A stretch of 64,000 nt of DNA from Chiloscyllium plagiosum. Taxonomy: Eukaryota. Shown in pieces: positions 50,071 to 62,151 of the stretch. The translations under genes and the position numbers were made by a program. How positions within the stretch are numbered: the stretch's first letter is position 1; each line of letters opens with the position of its first letter. The stretch covers positions 19,668,401 through 19,732,400 of the forward strand of contig NC_057720.1 of assembly GCF_004010195.1 (NCBI RefSeq), read 5' to 3'. Under the pieces are notes generated by a model. It did not search any database, was not told the origin of the DNA, and worked only from the letters and a program-made list of their open reading frames with translations.

Positions 50071-50865
50071 CTGATGAACGAGAGATGAATCAGTTTAGAA
50101 AGCACTTTCCCACAATATGATATTCATTCAATCAATGAGTGAGATGCAACCCATTAAAGGAAAAGTACTGCTCTAAGAATTCATAAAAAACTAATCTCCC
50201 CAACTCAAAATTAATGCAGAGGAATTAGGAAGGATGGAATGACCTTCCTCAATTGTATTTGTCTGGCATTCTTTTGAAATAGGTCAAGTATCCATTAGAT
50301 TGTGATGGCATTACTTTAACACTATTCACTCTCCTCTAACAATAACTACAAGAATTGGATCTCAAGCACAGACTGATATCTGACAGTTGCCATAAATACA
50401 GATTTGAACAACATTAACTGTTTGAATTCACAGGTGGGTTTCCCTCCCTAGGGTTGGAGTTGGAGAGTTTGTCAATGTCCATTTCACAAGCACAAACTGC
50501 ATGTGATTTTCCACCCATTAAAATAAACTGAAGGAAAATTAGAAACAGTTACACAGAGAGTGGTGGGTATGTGGAATGAACTGGCAGTGGTGGTAGGAGA
50601 GTCAGATACAATAGGGTCATTTTAAGTGACTCTTGGCTAGGCACGTGGAAGATAGTAAAATGAAGGGTATGTAGGTTAGTCTAAAGTTAGAGTAGGATGA
50701 AAGGTTGGCAAAACATTGAGGGCCGAAGAGCCTGTACTGTACTATGTTCAGTTTCAATGCAAGTTTACCCCAAGAACTTACAGCTTGTTAAAGCCCATCC
50801 TTGTAACACAAAGTCTGAGAGGTAGCAGCACAACTGGGAAATGCTGGCAACAACCTTGGACCTAC

Positions 50866-50958
50866 TTGTACTTGAGGTGCTGTATGGTACCCAGGCACTT
50901 GAACTGCCCATTCACCATGATGGCCAATCTCGTGCAGAGTGCTTCACATTCTTCCATA
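50866..50958 (-). CDS. ABCA4: ABCA4 exon (exon 47 equivalent, 93 nt)
   Basis: acag|[30 protein letters not shown]|gtaggt. Confidence 0.95.
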
Positions 50959-51052
50959 CTGTAAAGTCAGCAGAAGAAAATGGTTACTTCTGGACCTCCA
51001 GTGCAAGGAATTCATTTAAATTTAAAAAGAGATTGCAAAACTGTTCACTCAC

Positions 51053-51156
51053 CTGTGTGAGGTCAACACTACAGCTCTTCCTTCTCGGATAACACTGAGG
51101 AGACAATTCCAGAGGAACCGGCGAGATTTTGGATCCATCCCTGTAGTTGGTTCATC
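51053..51156 (-). CDS. ABCA4: ABCA4 exon (exon 46 equivalent, 104 nt; Walker B/H-loop)
   Basis: ttag|[34 protein letters not shown]|gtgagt. Confidence 0.95.
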
Positions 51157-51234
51157 CTAAAGAACACATTAAATGCCTTAGAAATATAACTATGCCACAG
51201 GTAATGGCTCATAATTCAATCATGATCTGATTAG

Positions 51235-52150
51235 TGTTACAGGTACCTATCACCTTCTGTATAAAACCTCATCCCACATCTCCTGTAAATTATTCTCTTT
51301 CACCTTAAACCTATGCTCCCTGGTATTTGACATTTCCACTCTGGGAAAAAGACTTCAAGAATCCATGCTTCTCATAATTTTATTCTTCTGTTAGGTTACC
51401 ATCAGCCTCCAATGCTCTTGCACAAACAATCTAAGTTTGTCTGACCTCTCCTTATAGCTAATATGCTCCAATCCACGTAACATCCTGGTAAACCTGTTCT
51501 GCACCCAGTCCAAAGCCTCCTCAACCTTCCTGTATTGTGGTGACCAGAACTGTACACAATACTCCAAATGTGGCCTGACTAAAATTTTATACATGACTTG
51601 CCAACTCTCATACTCAGCGCTCTGACTGATGAAGGCAAGCATGCCATATGCTTTCTTTACCACCTTCTTCACTTGTGTTGCCACTTTCAGGAAACTTTGG
51701 ATTTATACCCCAAGATCCCTCTGTACATCAATGCTCCTAAGGGTCATGCCATTTACTGTATACTTTCCTCTTGCATTTGACCTCCCAAAATGCATCACTT
51801 CACACATGTGACATTAAACTCCATCTGCCATTTCTCTGCGCAACTTTCTAACAGATTTATATCCTGATCTGCATCCTTTGACAACCTTCCTCATTATCCA
51901 CAACTCCTCACTTGCAAGCTTATTAGTCAGATGACTGACATTTTCATCCAAATCATTTGAATTACAAACATCAGATGTTTCAGTACTGATACTTGTGGAA
52001 CACTACTGATCACAGACCTCCAATCACCCCTCCACCCTCTATGACCAAGTCAATTTTATATCCAACTTACCAATTCATTGTGAATCCTATGTGACTTAAT
52101 CATCTGGACCAACCTACCATGAGGGACCTTGACAAATCTTTAGTAAAGTT
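51235..52150 (-). mobile_element. Degenerate CR1 LINE fragment
   Basis: VKKAYGMLAFIS...LVRPHLEYCVQFWSP. Confidence 0.85.
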
Positions 52151-52640
52151 CAAGGTCACTTGGGCTTCATCAAATGTTGAGTAAGGACTCAGCCATCAAT
52201 GTGGTGGCCCAGAATTTTAAAGGATATTGTTGAAATGATTTCTAATTTCCAAATATGTGCAAGATATTGACCAGAATAGAGGTCAAGTATGTAGTTTTCT
52301 TTTGAAAACTCAAAGTGAATCTGGTATCATCACTTTATTAGTCAGCATATCCCAGATCACAGCACGACACTGAATAAAAATTCTCTTCCTTTCCCTTTGG
52401 GTTCCTTTGCTTATCATCTGACATCAGTGTCCTCTGGTTCTTGCTGGTGGAAGTCAGTTTCTCCTAAATCCCCTCATGTCAGATACTGAACTGGCGTGGT
52501 GCGATTCTATTTCTTTGACATAGGCATACTGACATCGTGCAATAATTTGGAATTCCTCCTGAGCATTCAGGCCCAGTGTCATTCATGACGCAGTTCAGAA
52601 AAGCTGCTGGGTTGGGAGTCAAAAGGACAAGGCCACTTAC

Positions 52641-52775
52641 CAGCAAGACAACTGGAGGGCAGCCGATGAGGGCGATGGCAGTGGAGAGTTTGCGCTTGTT
52701 CCCTCCGCTGTATGTGCCAGCCATCTGATTAGCATACTCTGCAAGATCCAGCTTTTCAATTCCCCAGTTGGCAAC
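52641..52775 (-). CDS. ABCA4: ABCA4 exon (exon 45 equivalent, 135 nt; ABC signature)
   Basis: gcag|[45 protein letters not shown]|gtaagt. Confidence 0.95.
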
Positions 52776-53279
52776 CTGCAAGTGGGAATTGACAGAAATT
52801 TAGCACCAAAATACCAGTGGTTCTGTCAGCTGCTCACTTCTGGGGAACATCCATTGACTCTCAGACTTGAATATTTTGCAGTGGAAAGAACACATTCTGT
52901 TTGTGATCTGGGCAGCTTGATCTTCCCTCAATGTCCAAGGCCCCAAACTCTTCTTCCAGGTGAACTATCTCTACTTCCTTTCAATCTAGTCAAGTACATG
53001 CATTGGTCTCCCCTACATAGGGATGAGCAAATGCAGATTGGGTGACCACTTTACAGAATGCCTCCTTTCAGACTGCTCTCATGACCTGGACTTTCTGATT
53101 TCACTTTAATTCTCTACATACACTGCCATCTCTGTCCTCAGTTTACTGTCGTAATCAGTGATGCAAGCAGAGGAACGGCACCTCACTCTTCAATTTTATT
53201 GCTTTTTAGACTCAACAGAGTTCAACAATTTCAGAGCAGCATATTGGTGCCCATACTATTTGCTTAAGTGGTTCAGTTA

Positions 53280-56200
53280 GACCATAAGACCATAAGACAT
53301 AGGAGTGGAAGTAAGGCCATTCAGCCCATCGAGTCCACTCCGCCATTCAATCATGGCTGATGCGCATTTCAGCTCCACTTACCAGCATTCTCCCCGTAGC
53401 CCTTAATTCCTCTAGACAACAAGAATCTATCAATCTCGCCTTGAAGACATTTAGCGTCCCGGCTTCCACTGCACTCCGTGGCAATGAATTCCACAGGCCC
53501 ACCACTCTCTGGCTAAAGAAATGTCTCCGCATTTCTGTTCTGAAATGACCCCCTCTAATTCTAAGGCTGTGTCCACGGGTCCTAGTCTCCTCGTTTAACG
53601 GAAACAATTTCCTAGCATCCACCTTTTCCAAGCCATGTATTATTTTGTACGTCTCTATTAAGTCTCCCCTTAATCTTCTAAACTCCAACGAATACAATCC
53701 CAGTATCCTCAGCCGTTCCTCATATGTTAACTAACGAACCATCCCTCAAGCGTGTCGGAAATGTCAGGTCCTACATACTTGTCAATGGGTTAAATGGGGC
53801 AATTGTCAATTGCCTTCCCCAGAGCAAGGAAAAAAATAAAAAACAAGCATATGGACACAGGCTATCAGTGCACTCTTAGTAAGTTTCAGAATTAAGAAGC
53901 TGAGACCCAGGTAGATCATTTTATTAGAAGTCGTGAGGGATCTTACTGACAATGCAAAATTGGAACAGTTGGATTAACAAAGTAACCAGGAGTAACCCTG
54001 TAGTACCCACCATTAGTGTGTGCAGGAATCCTAACCACAGAAGGCGGTGATGTCCCAGCACTATTTTGTGCTATTACTGTAATTATATAGGCAGCTGGAC
54101 CAAAACTGGACATAGTACTCCAAATGGGGCCTAACCAGAGCTTTATAAAGTCTTAGTGGTACATCTCTGCTTTTATATTCCAACCCTCTTGAGATAAGAG
54201 ACAACATTGCATTCGCTTTCTTAATCACGGGCTCAACCTGCATGTTTACCTTTAGAGAATCCTGGACTAGCACTCCCAGATCCCTTTGTGCTTTGGCTTT
54301 ATTAATTTTCTCACCATTTAGAAAGTAGTCTATGTTTTTATTCTTTTTGCCAAAGTGCAAGACCTCGCACTTGCTCACGTTACATTCCATCAGCCATTTC
54401 CTGGACCACTCTCCCCACCTGTCTAGATCCTTCTGTAGCCTCCCCACTTCCTCAGTACTACCTGCCTGTCCACCTAACTTTGTATCATCGGCAAACTTCG
54501 CTAGAATTCCCCCGGTTCCCTCATCCAAATCATTAATATATTATGCGAACAGCTGTGGCCCCAGCACCGAACCCTGCGGGACACCGTTCGTCACCGGCTG
54601 CCATTCTGAAAAGGGACCTTTTATCCCAATTCTCTGCCTTCTGTTAGACAGCCAATCCTCAGTCCATCCCAGCAGCTCACCTCGAACACCATGGGCCCTC
54701 ACCTTGCTCAACAGCCTCTCGTGTGGCACCTTATCAAAGGCCTTTTGAAAGTCTAGATATACCACATCCACTGGGTTTCCCTGGTCTAACCTACTTGTTA
54801 CCTCTTCAAAAAATTCCAACAGGTTTGTCAGGCATGACCTCCCTTTACTAAATTCATGTTGACTTGTTCTAATCAGACTCTGCTCTTCCAAGAATTTAGA
54901 AACCTCATCCTTAATGATGGATTCTAGAATTTTACCAACAACCGAGGTTAAGCTGGTTGGCCTATAATTTTCCATCTTTTGCCTTGATCCTTTCTTGAAC
55001 AAGGGGGTTACAACGGCCATCTTCCAATCATCCGGGACCTTTCCTGACTCCAGTGACTCTTGAAAGATCTCAACCAATGCCTCTGCTATTTCCTCAGCCA
55101 CCTCTCTCAGAACTCTAGGGTGTATCCCATCGGGGCCAGGAGATTTATCAATTTTAAGACTTTTTAATTTTTCTAGCACTATCTCTTTCGTAATGGCAAC
55201 CATACTCAACTCAGCCCCGTGACACCCTTTAATTTTTGGGATATTACTCATGTCTTCCACTGTGAATACTGACGCAAAGTACTTGTTAAGTTCTCCTGCT
55301 ATTTCCTTATCTCCCATCACTAGGCTTCCTGCATCAGTTTGAAGTGGCCCAATGTCTACTTTTGCCTGTCGTTTGTTTCTTATGTACTGAAAGAAACTTT
55401 TACTATTATTTCTAATATTACTGGCTAGCCTTCCTTCATATTTGATCCTCTCCTTTCTTATTACACTCTTTGTTATCCTCTGTTTGCTTTTGTATCCTTC
55501 CCAATCTTCTGATTTCCCACTGTTCTTAGCCATTTTATAGGATCTCTCTTTTTCTTTAATACATTTCCTGACTTCCTTTGTCAGCCAAGGTTGTCTAGTC
55601 CCTCCCCTGTTAATCTTTCTTTTCTTGGGAATGAACCTCTGTACAGTGTCCTCAATTATACCTATAAACTCCTGCCATTTTTGCTCTACTGTCTTCCCGG
55701 TTAGCCTCTGCTTCCAGTCTATTTTAGTCAGTTCCTCTCTCATGCCCTCATAATTACCTTTATTCAACTGTAACACCATTGCATCCGATTTTGCCTTCTC
55801 CCTTTCAAACTCCAGACTGAACTCTATCATATTATGGTCGCTACTTCCTAAGGGTTCCCTTACTTTAAGATCTTTTATAGAGTCTGGTTCATTGCAAAGC
55901 ATTAGGTCCAGAATAGCCTGCTCTCTTGTGGGCTCCATGACAAGCTGTTCCAAAAAGCCATCCTGTGAGCATTCCATGAATTCCCTTTCTTTAGATCCAC
56001 TAACAACATTATTTACCCTGTCCACCTGCATATTGAAGTCTCCCATGATCAATGTAACCTTGCCTTTCTGACATTCCTTCTCTATTTCCCGGTACATGTT
56101 GCGTCCCTGGTCCTGACCACTATTAGGAGGTCTTTACACAACTCCAATTATGTTTTTTTTTGCCTTTGTGGTTCCTCAATTCCACCCACACAGACTCCAC

Positions 56201-56345
56201 ATCATCCGACGCTATGTCATTCAATACCATAGATTTAATTTTGTTCTTAACTAACAAGGCAACCCCACCCCCTCTGCCCACCTCTCTGTCTTTTCGATAA
56301 GTTGAAAAACCATGGAGGTTTAACTGCCAGTCCTGACCCCCCCTG
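53280..56345 (-). mobile_element. Young CR1/L2 LINE, about 3 kb of ORF2 (APE and RT)
   Basis: 518-aa open frame 54541..56097 ([32 protein letters not shown]), FADD, and a (GACCATAA)n tail. Foreign segment at about 53729-54095. Confidence 0.92.
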
Positions 56346-57282
56346 TTTTTCTGAGTTTTGCTATCAGTCAGGAGCACACCTGCTCACAACCCATCTTTCC
56401 CTGTTCCTTTCTGTTTTGCTCTGGATGGTTACATCTTCTGCCATTGAATATGCCCCATTTCTACCCATTCATGAATTTTCCTTTTTTTCTTGTCCGACTC
56501 ACCTCTTCCTCAATTACATTGCTAACTTTTCCCAGTTCCGACGCAAGGTCACAGATTCAAATGTTAACCAGTTCTCTTTCTCTCTGTACAGATACTGCTT
56601 AACCAGCTGAGTATTTCCAGCGTTGGTCTGGCAGCATCTGTAAAGGGAGAAGCAGAGTTAATGTTCTGAGTCCAGTAGCCCTTTGACAGGCTCTTTCTAA
56701 CAAAAGGTCATTGGATTCAAAACATTAATCCTGCTTCTCTCTCTACAGAGGCCAGCAGACCTGCTGAGTTATTCCAACACTTACTGTGTGTGTTTCAGAC
56801 TTCCAGCATCCTCAGTTCTTTGTTTTTGTTTTTATTTTCATTTCAGATTTCGATCATCTGCAGTTTTCTACTTTTCAAACATTTAGTTTTAATCTGCTCA
56901 AGACAAGTGAGTTTCTATTGTGGTGAAAGTAATTTCACTAAAACAGCTTGGGACCTTTTACCACTTGAATAGTGATGTTGATACGTCAACTCCTTATTTG
57001 TTTTGGCAGTGGTGTTACAAGGCCTGAGAGACTGATCTCCACTAACTCTCCAATGCTGAATAAATGGAAAAAGCTATGGAAGTATGTCAAGAACTACAGC
57101 TGTAAAACCCTCTTTTATGTGCTTCTCAAAAATGCACACTTAGCAATACATTTTACAAAATGTTTTGCTTGCTGCAGTTACTTTGATACATCCTTTGTTT
57201 AAAGGTTATACCAGAAACAAGGTGGTTTAGGAATTAAGGGAACTTGCATAGACTTGGTTCCTTACAATTAATGAGGCATTGA

Positions 57283-57787
57283 GACTCCAAGTGTGGCCTT
57301 ACCAATGTTTTGTACATCTGTAGTATGATGTATACTCAATACTCTGATTGGTGAAGGCAAGGGTACCAAATGTCTTCTTCACCACACTGTCTACCTATCA
57401 CGGCACTTTCAAGGAAGCTGAGGGGTGACCTTATAGAGGTTTATAAAAAATCATGAAGGGTATAGATGAGGTGAATAGCCAAGGTCTCTTCCTCAGGGTT
57501 GGGGAGTTCAAACTAGAGGGTAGAGGTTTAAGTTGAGAGGGGAAAAATTTAAAAGGGACCTGACGGACAACTTTTACCACACAGAGGGCGGTGCTTATAT
57601 GGAATTATCTGTCAGAGGAAGTACAATAACAACATTTAAAAGATAAATGGCAGGTATATGGATAGGAAAGGTTTAGTAGGATGTGGGCCAATTGTAGGCA
57701 AATGGGACTAGTACAGTTTAAAAACCTGGTTGGCATGGACAGGTTGGGCCAAAGGGTCTGTTTCCACACTGTATGACTCTATGACTC
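57283..57787. mobile_element. CR1 fragment with inverted 5' segment
   Basis: 57283-57413 is antisense ORF2 sequence. 57414-57787 is the sense 3' end with (TATGACTC)n tail. Confidence 0.7.
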
Positions 57788-59189
57788 CTGATTGAGGGAG
57801 TGAAAGGGAGAAGGAGACCGTGCAGGCATGAAGTGATGTTGCAAATGATACGTTGAATATTCTGTAACTACAATATATGAAATAATTTCTGCAGCCTTCA
57901 AACCTAAAGTAATTTTCAATTTAAGGTTCTAAAGAAGAACTTTGAACATTGTACATTTAGAAAAAATAAAATTCTGCAGATGCTGGAATTCTGTAAAAAA
58001 CACAAAAACTGTTGGAGAAACTCAACAGGTAAAGCAGGATCTTTGGAGAGAGAAACAATTAATATTTTGAACCTGGTAGGACTGCTTTTCAGAACTGAAA
58101 GGGATTGGAAAATGATATTTTTTATAGTTTTGACAGAGGTGGAGAAGGAGCAAGGGGAACAGGTGGCGTGGAGGCTCAATGCTAAAGGTAAAGAGGTTAC
58201 TGATAGGAGTGAAAGAGAACCAGAGATGTAAAATGGATATACATTTAAGTGTGAAATGGTAAAAATAGGTCCCTAGTGTGAATATAATTAATTTCTGGAT
58301 AAAATTCCTTGCATTTTAACAGTTTAGAATCAATGCCAGGACTGAAATCTAAGATTTGTTTTGCATTTATTTTGAGCTGTATTTGTTCAGATCACACCAT
58401 ACTCGGTAGCATCGGTAGAGTTGAAAGAATTTTGAAGTTCTTCACAATGACTTTAATGTGAAACTACTGGATTTTGTCAAAATCACTTAAGCAGCATAAA
58501 GTACTGCTTTCATTTATTTTGTATTACTTCATTCAAAACTTGATCCAGCACTTCAAATCTCTTCATCGTGTTGTATGTCCCCCGTCCCTGTGACCTCCTG
58601 CAGCCCCACAACTGAAAGAAGTATCTGCACTCCTCAAATACTGCCCTCAATTTAATCACTCTCCCACTGGTGGTCTCATCTTCAGCTGCCTAGTCCCTGA
58701 ACTCTGGAATACCCTCTGTCTAAATGTCTCTGCTTCTTTACCTCTCTCCCGTAACTCTCCTCAAAATGTGCCTCTTTGACTAAGTTTTGGTTATCTGTCT
58801 GAACAACTCCCATTCTGGCCCCAGTGTCAGGTTTTGTTAGATATTGTTCCAGCAAAAACATCTTTGTGTGCTTTACTATGGTAAAGACATTCTTTAAAGA
58901 AGTTTCCCTCTCTCTGTATAAATGAATGAATACTACAGAGGCAGTCAACTAATTATACTTGTGTCATGTGACAAAGTTCTTGACTATTTCTGTACTCTAT
59001 ATTGTTTCTGCCTGGGAATCTCTTTGGCACAACGTGGAACATTTATCTGAGATCGTTATCCTCGGTACTCAGTATTTGAGGATTTTTGAATTCGATGAAA
59101 CATTATCGGAAACCCCCTCTTCTCTTGACGTGCTGCTTTCAATCCCAGGTCCGACCTAAATCGCAAAACATACTCATGGGTTGATTTAC

Positions 59190-59331
59190 CTGCTCAATCT
59201 CGTCCTCTGGAACACCGCGTAGCCTTGCGTACAATAAAAGGTGTTCACGACCTGTGAGCAAGTCATCGATAGCGTCAAACTGAGGGCAGTATCCCATGTT
59301 CTGGTGGACATCGTCAATATGGGTGAGAATG
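59190..59331 (-). CDS. ABCA4: ABCA4 exon (exon 44 equivalent, 142 nt)
   Basis: ccag|[47 protein letters not shown]|gtaaat. Confidence 0.95.
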
Positions 59332-59524
59332 CTGGGAAGATTCAGAAAACAAAGCAACTGAGTTTTAAGACAAAGCTGCATCATCAGCGGTGGGGCATTG
59401 TTGCACTTTTAGCAAAGATTCAAAAGAAGAGTGATTTTTCTTGGCTGAAACTTGTCAAGAAATATCAAAATTTACTTTATAATGGTGCCAGTGAGTGTTT
59501 GGTTTAGCTAATGCTGCAGTATAC

Positions 59525-59631
59525 CTGTAACCTGCTACTGAAGCTTCACCTGAGGTCGGGTCTATATCACCTGTAAGCATTTTGAAGGTAGTCGTCTTTC
59601 CAGCACCATTGACACCCAACAGCCCAAAGCA
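59525..59631 (-). CDS. ABCA4: ABCA4 exon (exon 43 equivalent, 107 nt; Walker A of NBD2)
   Basis: ttag|[35 protein letters not shown]|gtatac. Confidence 0.95.
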
Positions 59632-59752
59632 CTAAAGTACAGAAGAAAAATACACGTTTACATTTTGTCATCCTATTTAATGAACCAAGTCAACTGAGAA
59701 AGCCAATGAAAATCTTTGGTTGCTAATGTGTATCTTTGAAGAATGAACATAC

Positions 59753-59815
59753 CTCTCCTGGTCGCACACCAACACTGATTCTATCCACAGCTGGCCTGTT
59801 TCTCCCTGAGTAGTA
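59753..59815 (-). CDS. ABCA4: ABCA4 exon (exon 42 equivalent, 63 nt)
   Basis: ccag|YYSGRNRPAVDRISVGVRPGE|gtatgt. Confidence 0.95.
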
Positions 59816-59901
59816 CTGGAGGAACAAAATTCCACATTAGTTCAATCTGTTAACCTACCTTACAGAAATCCACAATAATAGACCTTCTGGGTTCCACTCA
59901 C

Positions 59902-60019
59902 TTTAGTCAGTTCCTTTAATTTCAGAATGTCATGTTTGCCCGTACCCTGAATTCTTTCACGTTCCTTAGCTACATCGTCATCCTCTTCAATGGCAGGTAA
60001 ATTGCTGAGGATTGTTGGC
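59902..60019 (-). CDS. ABCA4: ABCA4 exon (exon 41 equivalent, 118 nt); earlier exons not found, probably beyond the window
   Basis: acag|PTILSNLPAIEEDDDVAKERERIQGTGKHDILKLKELTK|gtgagt. Confidence 0.93.
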
Positions 60020-62151
60020 CTGTAACAAGTAGGAAGAGATTCAGCATTGGTGCTGCTGCAATGGCTGATTAAGTTGTTGATTGGACCCAGATTAATGTCA
60101 CGTGTGGCAGACAGCTGAAAGATGAGTCACCAGTGTGTAATTGTAAGATGAATCGTGTTGTTTGAAGATTCCATCAATGCTGGATGCATTGGTTATTAAA
60201 CAAATTGTAAGACAGTATCAACAATTATTCGTTAAACTGAAGACATAAATGTTGACTATATCAACTTTTCAGCAGAATGTTAGCTGTCAAGTTAGGGAAG
60301 TAACAGAGCTATTGAAAACAATTACAGTTAAAATTAAATCATGTACTAAGGGACTGATTGTAAAAACAACAGGTGACAACAAACTTTGCATTGTTCCAGA
60401 ATTGAAACCTATTTATCCAACAGGTTTCGGCCAATGGTACTCCATTAGCTTTCAGATCTAATCCTGCACCATTTTGCACTCATCATAACTCCTACCTTTG
60501 CTAACCTGTTGTCTCCTGCTTCTGTACCTCCAATGTAAATATTTTTAGTCATTGTGATTAAATCCTTCCCCCCCCCGTGGCCTATTCTCTCCTTATTTCT
60601 ATAACCTCCTCCAACCAACAACTGTCCACTTTGTTCAGCTCAAGTCTTTCATGCATCCTTAAGTTTTATCACCCCATCAGTGGTGAATGTGTCTTCAACT
60701 CCCTCAGCTCTGGGATTTCTAACCTAATCACAACTGCTGCTCACTTCCCCAAACTCCTGTAAGAGTGTCCTTAAAAATTGCCTCTCCCAATCTTTCCTTC
60801 CTCAGCTCAATGCTCATTTTCTTTCTGATTCTGCTGATGAAGGACCTTGGGCGGTTGTCACATGTGCATTTGTAATGCTCAAGGATTACAATTTTCTCCA
60901 ATGCTTTGGTGCTGGTGCATTACAGTTCACTCAGGGAGTCCAGGGTGCTGTGGCACATTTTTATAAGTGTGCTGTAGCCTGAAGTCACAGATAGCGACAA
61001 TGAAGGGCTGATCAGGAATCTCTCCCACTTTTACTGCCTCCATTGGCATATGTTGGAAGGACTTGTAAGTCAATAATCTATCTGTCTTGTTGATTAAGAC
61101 TGCACCTTCCTTTGCCATACATTTCTGGAATAGAACTTGATTTGGACCAAGATTCTGGCCTAGGGCCAAGACTTTACCCATTGTGTCTCAAGACTTCCCC
61201 TGCACTGCTTTAAAACCCCCAGAACTAATATCATTCAGTTTCCATAACCTCAAAGAAGCACTTAAAGTACATTCCTGAAAGCCCTAGGACACTCCGACAA
61301 ATTAAATGTTTGGGTGACCAATCAAAGAAAAGCCACCCCCATAAATAGAAGTGACAGTACCTTCAGCTGGAACAATATGTACAGTTGTGGGAGCACATCA
61401 TAGGAAAGATATGAACACATTGGTACAAGAGCAGAAGTGATCTACTGGAATGATTCCAGGTTTGAGAAACCTCATTTATGAAGACAGATTGAAGAATTTG
61501 GACTGTTGGGCCTGGACAGAAGAAGGCTAAGAAGAGATCTGGTTGAGGTTTTCAAAGTCGTAAGCGGGTTGGGTTGCACAGATGAGCTGTGCCTCCTCAT
61601 CAAAGAAAGAAAAATGATAGGGCATAGATTTAAAGTGAGGTGCAAACAAAGCAAGATGATGTGAGAAAACCTTTCTCATACAGCCAGTGTTCAGGATATG
61701 GCATGTACTGTCCGGCAATGTGATGGAGGTAGGTTCAACTGAGGGCACTGGCTGGCTTTTGTATAGTCATGGTGTGCAGGTATTTGGAGAAAAGGCAGGA
61801 GACTTGCACTAGATAATAGAGCTGAACTTGATGATAGAGAAGGTTCAGTCACATTGGGCTGAAGAGTTTCCCTCTGGCCCATAACTCTTTCTGTGATTCT
61901 ATGAGGAGCAGTTGTCGAGTCACTGGCTAGTTCACTCGGTTTTTTTACTGAGAGGCTCATAGTGAGCATTGATGTGCACCTGTGAGCACACAGCCATCTG
62001 CTGAGGGGAGAAGGAAGCTCCCAGGAAGATGGAGTGAAGTCGAGTGCTGAAGGAGAGGTATAAGAAAGGAGGCTGCAAGAGGGGAGTCGGAGGAGAGGGT
62101 TGCTTCAAGTGGGGATGAAGAGGGAGGCTGCAAAGGAGAGAAAACAGTTTT

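Noticed and set aside
47268..60019. ABCA1 or ABCA7 instead of ABCA4
   Set aside because: VGVRPGE, HLKYKFGDGY and VFVNFAKQQ...LHPRAAGA match ABCA4 better.
60020..62150. Next upstream ABCA4 exon
   Set aside because: I found no matching peptide with splice sites; it probably lies beyond the window.
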